Positions 1 through 64,000 of a stretch of 64,000 nt of DNA are shown one piece after another. The position numbers and the translations under genes were made by a program. The notes beneath the pieces were generated by a model that saw nothing but the letters and a program-made list of their open reading frames with translations, made no database searches and was not told where the DNA came from. Source of the DNA: Tubiluchus corallicola. Lineage: Eukaryota > Animalia > Priapulida. How positions within the stretch are numbered: position 1 is the first letter of the stretch; each line of letters begins with the position of its first letter. The stretch lies in NCBI GenBank assembly GCA_030141605.1, contig JAQGDQ010000753.1:1-64000 (forward strand), given 5' to 3'.

Positions 1-1894
1 AGAATACATCACCAATTAAACTGGAAAAAAAACACACAGAGAATGTCAGCAACATACAGAATATTCCATCCAACATACGGCACAGAATTGGTCGTCAAGC
101 TCTGCACTAACTAAAGGATCTCATCTTAAATATCTCATCGTTAAAATATCAGGGATCAGTATTATGGAACTCGCTACCTGCTCATATAACTTCCTTACCT
201 CTGCATTCACTAAATAAACAGTACGCTAAGGCACTTCATGAAACTTACATATAAATCAGTTTTTTGTCTATTAGATGTACATTCTTGTGGTAACTTTTGC
301 TGAAAAACAATTTTTTATAAGGTGCAAACTCACTTTCTATAATGTACAATAATGAACATGCTTCTTATATTACAGGCAAACACAGTCAGCAAAATGGACA
401 TAATGATTTCACTCAGAAACAATTGTAAGATATTTTGCTTAGTAGTTCGTAAATTTGTCATGGTTTTTGATTTTTGTTTTTTGCTGTTGTATTTTTGTTT
501 TTGTATTTCTGCACGTTTATGTATTTTTTAATATAGCTGTGTCTACTGTCGTTAGTGTCCTTTTGTTTACTGTCCTTTGAGAAGGGTGGTTGACTCTGTA
601 ACCTTTAGTTTTTCGCCACCCTTTCTCCTATGTTCGTTTGTATTTTTGTGTATTTTAATGTCAAATTATTGTATATGGAGGAAAATAAATTACTACGCAT
701 TTATACGCATTTTCTTACAGAAACCACCAAAAAGAAATTCCAAGTATCAAAATGACTCAGTTGAAGCATTTTCTTCTTGTTAACGTTGAATGAATAAAGA
801 ATAAATTGACCTTTAATGCAATCACATAAAAGTAAAACAATTTTGCAAAGTTAGCAAGAAAATTAATTGGTGAATACTACCAACGCTGGAACTTCGGTTG
901 CAAATATGTATTCGATTAATCGGACACGAAACTGATTCGATAATCGATTACGATTACTTATAATGTTATTTTATGAAAAAGCAAACACACATGAAAACCA
1001 CGTATTTGTGCTTAAAAGAACTTTGCGTCTGCCAAACCCAATGCGTCAAGGAAGAACAAAGCCAGTACAAGCGCACTAAGTTACTATACAACGGTAGCGC
1101 CATATTACAGGATTGCACTGCAGTAACAGTTACTGGAAATGGTGCTGACAAACCATTGGCATAGCAGTGTCTAGTATTTTCTCCATTACTGCTGTGCTCA
1201 TCTGTCTCGAGGGCAAATTTCTTTTATTTTAGAATTCTGCCTACCAAGTGTTTACAAGACGAATAGTGGACATATGGTGATAACAGGATGATATATGGAT
1301 ACATTTGTACTGTGACTTTGTAGATTTGTAGTTGAATGGTATCGTAATACAACCAATCGAAGCCGAAAAAATAATCAATGGTCAGAAATAACAAAAACAA
1401 AAATACAACAGCAAAAAACAAAAATCAAAAACCATGACAAATTTACGAACTACTAAGCAAAATATCTTACAATTGTTTCTGAGTGAAATCATTATGTCCA
1501 TTTTGCTGACTGTGTTTGCCTGTAATATAAGAAGCATGTTCATTATTGTACATTATAGAAAGTGAGTTTGCACCTTATAAAAAATTGTTTTTCAGCAAAA
1601 GTTACCACAAGAATGTACATCTAATAGACAAAAAACTGATTTATATGTAAGTTTCATGAAGTGCCTTAGCGTACTGTTTATTTAGTGAATGCAGAGGTAA
1701 GGAAGTTATATGAGCAGGTAGCGAGTTCCATAATACTGATCCCTGATATTTTAACGATGAGATATTTAAGATGAGATCCTTTAGTTAGTGCAGAGCTTGA
1801 CGACCAATTCTGTGCCGTATGTTGGATGGAATATTCTGTATGTTGCTGACATTCTCTGTGTGTTTTTTTTCCAGTTTAATTGGTGATGTATTCT
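1..1894. repeat. Long near-perfect inverted repeat: arms 1-~510 and ~1383-1894, spacer ~870 bp
   Basis: The start (agaatacatcaccaattaaactgg) is the reverse complement of 1871-1894, and the match continues through to tttttgtttttgtatttctg / cagaaataacaaaaacaaaaa. The left arm is cut by the window edge. Confidence 0.95.
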
Positions 1895-2139
1895 TTCATT
1901 AAGCAGTTGTAGTGTTGTTTTTTGTGAATTAAAGAGTATTTTTAGCCTTCAAATCCGCCGAAATTGCGCACTTCATTGTATAGCACTGTTTACAATTTTG
2001 TTGCCGGACAAGATATTTGGTATCCAAGGAAACCATTACCAAACAGTAGTCTCCAGTTCCGTTTTTTGAAGTTTTGTAAGCAAAAGTGGACAAGTGCTTA
2101 GGGAGAAAATGCATCTTGAAAGGCCAATTTCATTTAAAG

Positions 2140-2600
2140 CAGGGGTATGCAAATTATCTGACTAGCCGAGCCACATTAAACTTTCCCGCAATTCCTGCGG
2201 GCCACATGCAGTTTGATCAAGAAGCCAAGTACAGAAAGGCCTAATAACGATTTTTTTGCATCCGACCTGCGTACATCATTACTACTACACTCAGAGAAAC
2301 TATTTTAGAAGTTATTAAAATTTATATTACAAACCATATATTTCTACTTTCAGGACAGATTGTGGTAATTTCATTACAATGCATATTAGTAACGTGTATC
2401 ACACAGTCTGTGTAGTACAGTGACATTAAGCTACAACTGTCTTGTAAGGGTTAATGGCATCCGATCTAGTAGAAAAAACTACCAGCACTATCTTTGGGAT
2501 TGTGGCACAGACTTCAGCTGGATACACTCAATTCATCCCCCGGGCCGCACTTTCATTAGGTTGACAAATCTCTTCGCGGGCCGCAGTTTGCACACCCCTG
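2140..2600 (+). mobile_element. hAT-type MITE family A
   Basis: TIR CAGGGGT(G/A)TGCAAA; perfect 8-bp TSD ATTTAAAG. Confidence 0.93.
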
Positions 2601-2761
2601 ATTTAAAGTAAAACCACGAAATGCAGCAAATTTAGTATTTTCAATTTATGCATAGCTCTTGTTTTTGAATAAACTTTAAATTTGACCTTTAATGAATTTA
2701 TTATTTTAATCACGTTTAATTAACCAGCATGAGAGTGTGTTTAGCATGCAACCCATTTCAG

Positions 2762-19784
<17,023 letters not shown>

Positions 19785-19950
19785 CGTTGTTAACGGTAAC
19801 AGGAATTCTAAAATCGATCATGGTTGGTAGGCTATTTTAGGAAAGGAATACACTGACGCCAAATGGTTATTTCTGTGAGCGTTCCCCGGAATTTGTAGAT
19901 AACTACTAATCATTTATTTTCAGTGTCTTGACTGTGGCATTCACTTAAAT

Positions 19951-20432
19951 CAGGGGTGTGCAAATTATCTGACTAGCTGGGCCACATTAAACTTTCCCGC
20001 AATTCCTGCGGGCCACAGGCAGTTTGATCAAGGAGCCAAGTACAGAAAGGCCTAGTAAAGATTTTTTTGCATCCGACGTGCGTACATCATTACTACTACA
20101 CTCAAGAAACTATTTTAGAAGTTATTAAAATTTATATTATAAACCATATATTTCTATTTTCAGGACAGATAGTGGTAATTTCATGACAATGCATATTAGT
20201 AATGTGTATCACACAGTCTGTGTAGTACAGTGACATTTAGCTACAACCGCCTTGTAAGGATTAATGGCATCCGATCTAGTAGAAAAAACTACCCGCACTA
20301 TCTTTGGGATCGTGGCAGGGACTTCAGCTGGATACACTCAATTAATCGCTCGGGCCGCACTTTCATTAGGTTGACAAATCTCTTCACGGGTCGCACAAAT
20401 TCTCTTGGCGGGCCGCAATTTGCACACCCCTG
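19951..20432 (+). mobile_element. hAT-type MITE family A (probably in the PFK 3' UTR)
   Basis: TIRs; TSD ACTTAAAT; 166 bp after the PFK stop codon. Confidence 0.93.
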
Positions 20433-20847
20433 ACTTAAATGCTTTCGTAAGATTTGTAGTTTTGTGAAGCTTCTTGGAGCAATATTCAATTGCAGCTATT
20501 TCTTATAGTGATAAATATATGGTACATGCAGATTCTAGAATAGTAATTGTTGAAGTTTTGAACATTTTCACTGTTGTAAAAATGTTACCTTCTTGTTATT
20601 TTTACTGCGTTTGTTGTTAGTTTAATTGTTTTTAATTGTGCTTATCACAGTTTGAATGTACTACTACATATAATATTAGATTCCAGTCGTTAGTACGTAT
20701 AATTTAACAATTTCTTTACTATAGCTCGTAATTAGTGTTAATAATGTAGATTATTATTTATATTTTGGTAAAAATTTACTTAGCAGTTGTGTTGGTGTTA
20801 TGTTGTAGAATATGATGAAACTATGCACATTGTATGTCAATGTTAGC

Positions 20848-21211
20848 TAGGGGTGAGCATCGAACGTTCGAGTTCGATTCGAATGAGTTTTTTAGTTCGA
20901 ACTTGATTTGAATCCAAAACTATAGATTCGAATAATTCAGCACTTCAATCACATATGTTCCTGATCACTAAAACGATTGAAACATCATGCAATTAGCGTA
21001 ATTTAGCTGTGATTTCTGCGCACAAGTTTAAAGAAATTACTAGTCGTTTTATTGCAGAACAAAATCTAGAAATATGCCTGATCTTTGTAAGACTAATTTT
21101 TGCTCGTGGTTCGAAAACTTGTTCGAAAATCTTTCAATCTCAATTCGAATTCGAAACACTGATGTTCGGTTCGATTCCAATTCACTTTCTGGTAGAGAAT
21201 GCTCACCCCTA
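20848..21211. mobile_element. hAT (Ac-like) non-autonomous element
   Basis: TIR TAGGGGTGAGCAT; perfect TSD ATGTTAGC; subterminal ttcga repeats. Confidence 0.92.
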
Positions 21212-22971
21212 ATGTTAGCAAAGGTCTAATGATATTACGTGATAGGACATAGTTTAACGTAGCATGAACTGAAACTTCTAGGACTGTGATTTAGCTTTGC
21301 TTACTGACACTTAGACCAGAAGTAGTTAACCGTTGTATTTGTAAGAAGTCACGGGTGGCATGACTGGCATCTAAGGGTTTTATCCCTGCTGCATGTTTAA
21401 TGATTTTTCACTGCTTTTGCATTTTTGAGGGTGTGCCTTGCGGCTAAACCTGTGTTCAAATTTATCGTGCGACTTTCGTTGTTGTTGCTAGCGCTGCAGT
21501 TGTTACTGTTTCTCAGCACAAACGTACTTAAATTGTGAAACGCTAATCACCGTTTGAGCGGGGAACGAATCCATTTCTCATTTTGTAGTCAAATTACGAT
21601 AGTTTTCAATTTTAGTGATCTGGATACATTAATTCTAGATAAATGTTTAGTGATAAATGTAGAACTGTGATCGTGATCTTTCAGTTATTTGCTTGTGGAT
21701 ATTTGGTTGGTTATCTTTCAGTCAGAACTTCCCGGCAGAAATAAACTTTGGAAAAATGTTGTGTGCAAAGCCTATTCTATTATAAGAGAAAAAATGGTTC
21801 ATGGACGAAGTAAGAGGCTGGCTTGCATGAAATTGGACTTAGCAAGCATTAACAGTCTGATTTTTAACAAGAACTTACATGTGGACAAAGTTGAAAATAC
21901 CTAGGATAAGCCTGTTGCATGTCTGGCTAATTATTCCGCCGACTAACTGCTTGACTGGTTTACCAACTTAAAAGTGCTGCCAACTTATAGTAATTAAAAA
22001 TTATGCATTTCCTGCCGTTTTAATAATTTGTACTGAAGTTTGTAATTGCCAGTTGATTTAGTGACCTTCTGGTCAAGTAAGTGGAAGACTGGCTAAGGTG
22101 TCCAACTTGTTGACTAACCGACTGACTATAGCCAGCTCAATGATTAACTTTCCAACTGACAGATTGAATGAGTAATTGTCAGATAATGTAAAAGAAGTCT
22201 TTACGACTTATCTGTATTGCGAGCATTCTGATGTCTCTTACTGGGCGTGTTTTTTGAACTTAAATTTCATTCTTTCATTTCATTTCTGGAGTCTCATGTC
22301 TTGTGACGTGACTTTTGCACAGTTACGTTAGTCCATGCCGTCCTGTCACCTCCAGCCTCCCATATTTCCGTATTTTTTGATATCTAATGGTGTATTAATA
22401 AGATCTTTCTGGACAAAATTACTGTAAGTCAACAGCTGTCTTCCTTGTGGTTTCTTCAGTTTTTTCAGTCTTTTGTCAGCTAATTTTAGTAACGTATCGT
22501 CTGGTAGCCACAACCATCTTGAACTTCCTTTTGGTCTTCACTGTCCATTCCTCTTGACCTTTTATATGGATCCTGATTTGATATTTTCTTTGGCCGTTGG
22601 TACCTAGAATGTTCCCGTAGTCTCTTCTTTGAAATGCATCTATTTCTGATTTTGATGAACTTTGAATGTCCGTAATTCTAAGTAGTAGAGGAATATGGTT
22701 TTCACGAGTGCATCAAAGATTCTTAATTTTTTGCTTCTAGGCGAATCCTCTTACTTTCAAAATTTTTGTTTTTTTGGCTTACGCTGCTAGTGCTAAGATT
22801 TTTCTTGCTTTACCTTCGTCTATTGCTAGAACGTTGCTTCAATATTTAAATTTTCTCAATTTTGTTATGCGGTATTCTCCTGTTTATCTTTGTTTAAAAC
22901 CAGATAAAGAATAGCAAAGTGTCAATTTAAGTTCCCTAGCTACTATTTACATCACTAGTCTATTATGTAAT

Positions 22972-23232
22972 CTCTCACCTTTCTCACCATCCTCCTGGTA
23001 GAGTTTCATCTGTCAGCCGGCGAACACTTGATAACGTCTCTCCAGGTGTCTCTGTCTTCATACGTCTTCTCCTCCTCCACATCCACCAGTCGGATTCCTC
23101 TCCTCGCAAGCGCCTCTCCAACTCCATCAAGCCATCTCTTCCGGGGCCTTCCCACTGGTCTTTTGCCTTGCGGCTTCCATTCAAGATATTTCTTTGCCAA
23201 TCTCGTGTCGTCCATCCGCTTAATATGCCCAT
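22972..23232 (-). mobile_element. Young RTE-clade LINE 3' fragment next to or within an older degraded RTE-like remnant (~22400-22900)
   Basis: Peptide WKPQGKRPVGRPRKRWLDGV; 18-bp TSD acta(g/a)tctattatgtaat. Confidence 0.85.
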
Positions 23233-23859
23233 ACTAATCTATTATGTAATGGTGCTCCACGTTGATGCTTCCCATTATTCATAAGTGAAAGGTTACAAGT
23301 CACCGCATGTGCATTTTACAAACTGATTCTATTTGTAATTTAAAACCTTTTTAAAGTTGATTCCCTTTGTTGAATTGCTAAATGCTGCTTTGCATGTGTC
23401 GTAACAAACATGAAGGGCTGTGTGATACGTAATGGTAAGTTATAGCTTAAGTTTAGCCAATTAAAAAAATAATTATTGGAGGCGTGTACTATACTAGTAA
23501 TGTTATTTTGTGAAATATTGTGTTAATTTTTTTGAGACAGTTCATATTATAACTTTCAAATAGAGTGGGTACGTTGCGTAGTGAATTTTACATACCTCAT
23601 TTCTGCTCGTACCAGTGTAGGTGTTTCTAGAAAGTCACTCCTGTGAACTAAATTGTTCATCTTTTTAAATGCTTCACCACTTTTGCTATTATGATTGAAC
23701 AAACTTAGCTGAGTCATCCAAAAACTATCAGTTTGCTTTTAGATTTTGTTGGCAATTCACCTAAAGAAAACCACTCTTTTAAAGCTATCTTGATTTGTAG
23801 TGAATTTGCCGAAAATGTTATCTTATTTTTTGTTCTCTTTAGTTTCATGTAAACGTATA

Positions 23860-24214
23860 CCGTATTTATTCGAGTATAACGCGCAAAATTTTCTACCTAA
23901 AAAAGAACTCAAAGTTTGGGTGCGCGTTATAAACGAGGGCTGGGGTGACACGCTTAGATGTATCAATATCAGCAGACTTTGTCAGACGGTCCAATGTCTA
24001 GACGGTGCCTGGCCCACGGAAATCGAGCAGCTAGCCGAGAATTCACTGTACCAGAGACGAATGTTAGAGACTGGAGTTGTTCAACAACGTTTGTCACTTA
24101 CAATGCTTGGTCTGAGCCGAGAAAAAGTGAAACAAAATTTTATACCGATTTTTAATCGAAAATTAGGGGTGCGCGTTATACACGTGTGCATACGGTATAC
24201 TCGAATAAATACGG
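23860..24214. mobile_element. Tc1/mariner-superfamily (pogo/Tc2-like) MITE
   Basis: TIR ccgtatttattcgagtata / tatactcgaataaatacgg; TA on the left, AA on the right. Confidence 0.85.
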
Positions 24215-24729
24215 AAAAACTCTCCTTCACATGTTTAAGTCAGTACACGTATTGTCTCATCTAAGATGTGTATTCTAACCATGTTTATGTCAAAAAAATT
24301 GTTTGGTCAAGATTTCTTCTTTCAGTAAGATATTATTTTCTTTACCAAATGCCTCAAACGTTTCTATTGTTTAAGTTTTTACTAGAGTTTGTCAAAAATT
24401 TCATGTTTTTGCCAATTTGCTCAATTATGGCTGTGCTGTTTATTGTTTATATTGACTAAAGATTTCTTGTTAATTTTACATAAATTTTATTCATATTTTA
24501 AGCAGCAAATCCCATTACGAACAGGTGCTCATTATGCAAATAATTAATGTGAAAGGTGTGATGTGTGCTTGAGCTTTGATCGTTAACCTGTAACTAATCC
24601 ATAGATTTAAGTGCCATGCATGCTTACAGAGAGATTACTAAACTGCACGTCGAACAGTACTCCAAAAGCATGTTGTCCAAGGGCTTCTTTGCCATGCAGT
24701 CAAATGCAGTTCGTCTATTTACAAATTGC

Positions 24730-25122
24730 GCCCATTGTTTGTCATACAAGCAGGCCACACGTACACACAATGATGGCTGCCCATTGTTTGTCATACAAGC
24801 AGGCCATACATACACGCAATGATGGCTGCCCATTGTTTGTCATACAAGCAGGCCATACATGCAATGATGGCTGCCCATTGTTTGTCATACAAGCAGGCCA
24901 TACATACACACAATGATGGCTGCCCATTGTTTGTCATACAAGCAGGCCATACATACACACAATGATGGCTGCCCATTGTTTGTCATACAAGCAGGCCATA
25001 CATACACGCAATGATGGCTGCCCATTGTTTGTCATACAAGCAGGCCATACATACACGCAATGATGGCTGCCCATTGTTTGTCATACAAGCAGGCCATACA
25101 TACACGCAATGATGGCTGCCCA
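24730..25122. repeat. 49-bp minisatellite, about 8 copies
   Basis: Unit gcccattgtttgtcatacaagcaggccatacatacacacaatgatggct. Confidence 0.95.
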
Positions 25123-26659
25123 TAGAATTTTTACCAGAAAACATGATGCCCATTGTGGCTTCACTTTTTGCGCGAGGCTAGCAGTCTCTCTCTCTCTGTC
25201 ATCATCATCATACGCCCGTCACGTCTATCGTAGACATTGGGCAGGCAGAATTCTAAAATAAAAGAAATCTGCCTTCAGACAGGTAAACACAGCAGTAATC
25301 CAACAAAAAAACTAGACACTGCTACGCCAGTGGCTTGTCAGCACCACTTCCATTACTTCTCTCTCTGTGCTCATGCGTGTCATTTATATCCATGAACTAA
25401 TCTTTGCAGTCTTGCCTTTTACCGAATTCATTTTTAGTTTATTTTTGTTTTTTTAACCAGTACTTTTTTATATGACTCGAAAAAATGATTATGTATTTTT
25501 CATTTCTTTTTTGTTGTTTTCTTCTGTCCGTAGGCAATAACAACTAGTTATTGGAAGAACAACATTCAGTATCAATTGTTTGTGAATTTTTATAATTCTA
25601 TAAAAACATTTAATTGAATGTAGTGCTAATTTCCGTGGCTTGCAAGTCATTGTAATAATCTTAATTCAAATATGAGTGTTTGAAGCTAGACCTGAGATAG
25701 GTAGATAGATACAGATGGCAGAGTTTGACTGTATGATAAACATTATTAAGGAATAACAAAGGACAGAACAGGTAGAATTGTTAAAGTGATTTTAATGTGT
25801 CTCTATTATTTGATTACATCTCCATGCCTGATTCTAGTGTTAAGGTGTTTGTTGAACTTTGTTAAAGTTATCTAGTTTTAAAAAGAATTAGAAACGATTG
25901 CAAAACGAATGTAAGATAGGTAGGTAGTTGTTGATAGATCTAGCTTCGTTTAGTTATATTTCAAGTTACCATTGTTAAAATCTGTTATAATAGCTGTAAT
26001 AACTTATAAACTCAAATAATCTTAATAAAATATTTGAAATGTAGATTTCGTGAGTGTTAAAATTGAATGCTTTGTTTGATTTTTTTTTATGATTTTTGTT
26101 GACCAAAATAATTTTCACAGCTGTAAGTGGAAACCTGTCTGTTATATAGCCTATAAATAGTAGGGTAGTGTATTATCTAGGTAGCTGGAAGTTCTGGCTG
26201 TTTATGACAGCCCACATTAAGCTGCCTGAACTGGAAGTTTCAAGATAACACCTATGCTGTGGTAAGTAACCATCACAAATTCCCCAGTCTGTAATACTCA
26301 GATGCGTAAATAAAAAAATTGTAGTATTAATGTTGGGTCTTAATCTATTTAATAATAATCCTCCAAATAATAACCATTGGCGTGTATTGCCAGACTTTGT
26401 GAAAGATTTTTCTCAATTATTTGCTCTGATAGTGAGCAATACAGATCTAAACAAACGTTAATTACACATTCTGAATTAATTTTAACAAGTTTTTAGAATC
26501 AAGGCTACTACTAAATTACTGTTGCCTGATATGCCATATGAGACGAAGTAGATCGGTAGCAAATGTGGATAAATTGTAGATTAGAAAAGAAATAAGATAG
26601 GTTTTTTATCCTAAGCATTACGCAGAAATCAGTAATAATATTAATAATAATAATAATAA

Positions 26660-26820
26660 TAATAACAGAGCGAAGGTCGATTAGCATCTCATACAAATTC
26701 AACCCGGACGACAAGAAGAGATGACTGAACTGGTTGTGAAAGTTGCCGTTTCTTTTTCAACGCGATACGCTTTTTAGCACCAGACGTCGCAGCAATTGCT
26801 ATTAGCATGGCTGCTTCCAT
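26660..26820 (+). promoter_or_regulatory. Putative DHX38 promoter and non-coding first exon
   Basis: Local CpG enrichment in an AT-rich region, ending in a good donor (cat|gtaagc at 26821). The first coding exon has an acceptor upstream of its ATG, so an upstream exon is implied. The start position is approximate. Confidence 0.45.
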
Positions 26821-28373
26821 GTAAGCGTTTTGTTTGCGTTGAATGCACACGTTTCTACGTTCAAGTTTCTTTAAGGATACCTGAAACTTTCATAGTTTTA
26901 AGTTTATTTGCAGAACTTTCTTGTACAGCTCCAAATATTTTGAAGTTGTCCAGGTACAAAAGTTACGATATTTATCTTAACATAATTACAGGTGAGGCCT
27001 TTTCAGGATTTTAATTTGTAATAATGCTCCACTTAACGAATTAATAATACACTTAAGCATTATGAGACACTTAACGAAATATTTATTCTAATGGTTGAAT
27101 TGATGCGTTCGGAAGTACTTTATTTAATACGTTTCAATGTAACGTCTAACGTTCTAGATACGACAGTCTGTCACTTGCTGTATTTAGTTTATATAGATTA
27201 CACGATTATATACATGTATCGTTTATGTAGATTATATTTATTTACACATCCAAGTAAGGCGTACAACGTAAGACGTATGCGTAAAGATCAAAAGTTAGAT
27301 GATTATACAAGTGTTATGTCTACCACGCCATTTATTATTAACACTAGAAACACGACTAAATAGAATTAATATGCAATATTGTATATATGTTATTGTTATG
27401 TAGGTTAACTATATACTGCTCATTGTATGTTTTTTCCTTTAACTTTATTACTGTTCTTTTGTTTGTTTTTGTTGGTATTGTTTTTTTCTTATACCTAATT
27501 TGTAGTTTTTTCAAGTAATTTTGCGGCGCATATAGTTTTAATTTATTAATTTAAGAAGTGTAGCTGACTCGATGAGCTGATGGTCTTTCGCTGCCTTTTC
27601 TCTTGAGCCCACATAATAACTTCTTAATATATTTTTATTTCTTTTATTTTTGTGTAAATGTGCGCTAGAAGAGATTAATAAACATGTCTACACCTGTGTT
27701 TATTGTTAACTCATATTTGGAGAGAGTTTTAAAAGATGTCAGTAAATGCAAATATAGTCTTGATAATGATAAAATGAATACTGTACATTTCTTTTTAGAC
27801 TTTTATATGACTATGAAAATAACAACTTCAGTTTTTTAAGTAACGTTGAACTGTACGATTACTTGAATATATATATATATAATTACTGTCTGATTTCTAT
27901 GTACTGTTTCATTAGAACCATTGTATCCACTTTGTATAGTGTGTGAGTGTGTTATAATAAGGCTAATGCTGCGTTCTTTTTTTGTTATAAATTCATTAAC
28001 ATTATTATGTTGTTTGGGCAAAACATAGTTTAGATCTTTTCTACTGACAGAAATTGCATTTCCTGATTTAGTGGTAAAACTGGTTTCAGTATTATTAATT
28101 AATTAATATGATTTTGTTTTTGAATTTGTATATCACACTGATAAGTTAGTAAAAACCCTCATGTATTAACAAACGACATTGATTACCTCTAAAGTTCACG
28201 ACAGAATACTTGTCATTAGAGAATCTAAATATAATAAGAAAATAACCGGTTTTTATACCGCATATCTGAAGTTATTATTGGATAAATGCTATGTCGGCTG
28301 CAAGTATGCTTCAAATCCTTGCTGATTGGATCATTTTGTTGAGCACAATTAAATTAAATCTTGAAGATTAGTT

Positions 28374-28899
28374 CAGGGATGAAAATTTTCCGCGGATAAG
28401 TGGAATTCCGAGTTTTTGGAAGACCAGTAGTGCAATTTTTGTAAATCGCGTAAATTCGTTGAGAAAATTTTTACGGACCCAGTACATTATTTCACAAGCT
28501 GACCGCTAGATGGCAGGCCATCACTTTGTTTACATCCCGTACATCAGTGTAACCACGTGTATATCTCTATGTATAAAAATATAAAATCAATTGTGTGGAG
28601 TTATTTGAGTCAATTGCAGACATTTTTTGATATACTTTTGCATATGAGCGGCCAGTACTTAGGCGTTTTTGAGATAATTAGGTATCATGTATCCTTGATA
28701 GTTGGGTATTTTAAATTATGCATGAAACAAGGTAATTGATATTTTAAGTCCACTTAGAGGCTCTCTATGGTCACAAAATTGCAATTTGTTGCTGGCTGCA
28801 ACGGGGGCTTTGCCCCCTTGAACCCCCATGGGGGCCTACGCGGCCCTCAAACCCCCGGCCTGTTTCAGAGTTTTTTGCAATTTGTCATTCTCATCCCTG
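28374..28899 (+). mobile_element. TIR MITE family B (most complete copy)
   Basis: TIRs; 8-bp TSD GATTAGTT, hAT- or P-like. Confidence 0.92.
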
Positions 28900-29021
28900 G
28901 ATTAGTTGCATTTGTTTAATTTAAAAGTGTAAATTTATTACGCTTATTTGTGATCGTGAATTATTGATTTAATAAAATTTCCTACATGCAGGTTGATGAA
29001 AATAGCAAAATTCTCTCTGAC

Positions 29022-62151
<33,130 letters not shown>

Positions 62152-63238
62152 GTAAGTAAGCTTTGTATGTACATGCCTATGATGAACAGTGTACGCTTAT
62201 TGCTTGAGAGAATATCGGGAAGCGTAGGGAATTTTCCCTCGTGTCTCACAGAAGTTGCTCATTTCAACAGAATGAATCATAATTGTATTTTTTCTTTCAA
62301 TTTAGTAAACTAAAACTAAAAATTTCATTTACGAATCCTTTTGCTCCTTCTTTTTGTCGCCATTCTTAGCTTCTTGCAAAATTTTCTAAGCTTGGCTTTG
62401 TTTAAGTCAAACCATTTTCATTCATTCATTAAATGTGTGCTTGCAAACCAAAACCGTCCGCAAGTCGGCATAGGTAAAACTACGTTTGATGCTTCAAAGT
62501 AGAATGCAGCCAAAATTTGTTCAAATGTGGATTTTTTTTTAAACATATGCTAAATATATTGGGGTTTTATATTCTAGCCTCAAGTTATCAAGAAAAAGTT
62601 AAAAAATACTAAAAATCGAATTTTATAACGTACACCCACTTTTTCTGGGTAGAAACTAGTACTGCAATTGTACAAAACTTCGATGAACTTCAAACTCTGA
62701 TAATAGTTCGTTCAAGCTGTCATTTTACTTCAGGTTTTTTCATTTGCCAAGCCCAGATCTTCGTCAGGAAGAGCCATCTACTGGATTTAAATGTAACTTC
62801 AATGTTTTTTTGCAAAGTCCCGTAGGAACAATCATTTGCGCGGTTGCTAAATGTTTTGTAAAAATGTGACATAAACAATGGCTAACTTTAAAAGCGATTT
62901 TCTCAAGATTACGTTTTTCAGTGCGTAACATGCAACTCAACTTCAACATGGATTATCTCAGCTTGGAAATAACATAGAGCGATGAGCTTGGTATCAAAAT
63001 GATCCTCATGAAATTGAGATTCGAGATAACTGTGAATAACTAGAAAAGCTTAATTGCCAACTTATGATCGATTTTGCAATGCAAGCACACAAATATGGAT
63101 TCAAATAGTTGGCAAAAGTATTGATTTAAATGAGTTCAAATGCGTGGGAAGTGAGATAGACAATGTATGAATTTAGATATGCAAAGTGTTGAAAACCTTG
63201 GCACCAAGGTATTCTCATGTCTTGTTTGTAGAAGTCGA

Positions 63239-63641
<403 letters not shown>

Positions 63642-64000
63642 GGAGTCGAAATATTTAAAGGAACAAAGCAAACAAAAACAAATTGTTCAATGTCAGGAAA
63701 ATATTCTTTCTGTCATAATTTTACTTTTATTCTAAATTCTCATACTATTGTGAATAAGAATTTGTTAACATTCGTTTTATCTACAGAAATGTTATCACCT
63801 GCTCACCTTTATTAATTACATGATCGTTCTGTTTGTGATTGTTATTGATTGTTCTTGAATCATTTGCAGTCTCTTTATCGTCTTTTTGTTGAAAATTTTC
63901 ATCTTTAAAACTATCATCAGTTTGTTTTGTCTCATCTGCTGTACTACAGTTACCATTATAACTTGTAAACTGGGGCCAATAATCACCAAACTGATCCAAA

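Noticed and set aside
2420-2611. Recurrent 'MTLSYNRLVRVNGIRSSRKNY...' ORF family (also 13077, 15633, 18990, 20230, 44728)
   Set aside because: These are translations of the non-coding family A MITE, mostly from GTG starts, with variable ends and no transposase motif.
21880-22190. Degenerate gact/aact-rich stretch
   Set aside because: No definable unit, termini or second copy, so no call can be supported.
23800-24264. 154-aa ORF, the longest in the ORF track
   Set aside because: It starts at GTG and simply reads through a TIR MITE; no recognisable domain or splice context.

Overview
This is AT-rich, intron-rich animal (probably invertebrate) nuclear DNA, not prokaryotic. It holds two + strand genes. 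The first is the 3' (regulatory) half of an ATP-dependent 6-phosphofructokinase (PFK), about 351 aa in the window, with its stop at 19782-19784. The second is the first ~1020 codons (19 coding exons, ATG at 29022) of the DEAH-box splicing helicase PRP16/DHX38, which runs off the right edge. All exon phases chain correctly with GT-AG introns. The introns hold many non-autonomous DNA transposons (several hAT-type families with verifiable 8-bp TSDs, plus Tc1/pogo, PIF/Harbinger and piggyBac types), LINE remnants, SINEs and minisatellites. The main observations are: (1) two 71-nt homologous, mutually exclusive PFK exons (2762-2832 and 2898-2968) that swap the loop carrying the effector-site 'GTKR' arginine; (2) a 5S rRNA-headed SINE with an apparently RTE-derived bipartite body, in two copies; (3) a near-perfect inverted duplication of at least 510 bp upstream of those exons; (4) duplicated 5' splice sites in both genes; (5) inverted MITE pairs bracketing PFK exons. 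Family and clade assignments come from motif recognition only; no searches were run.
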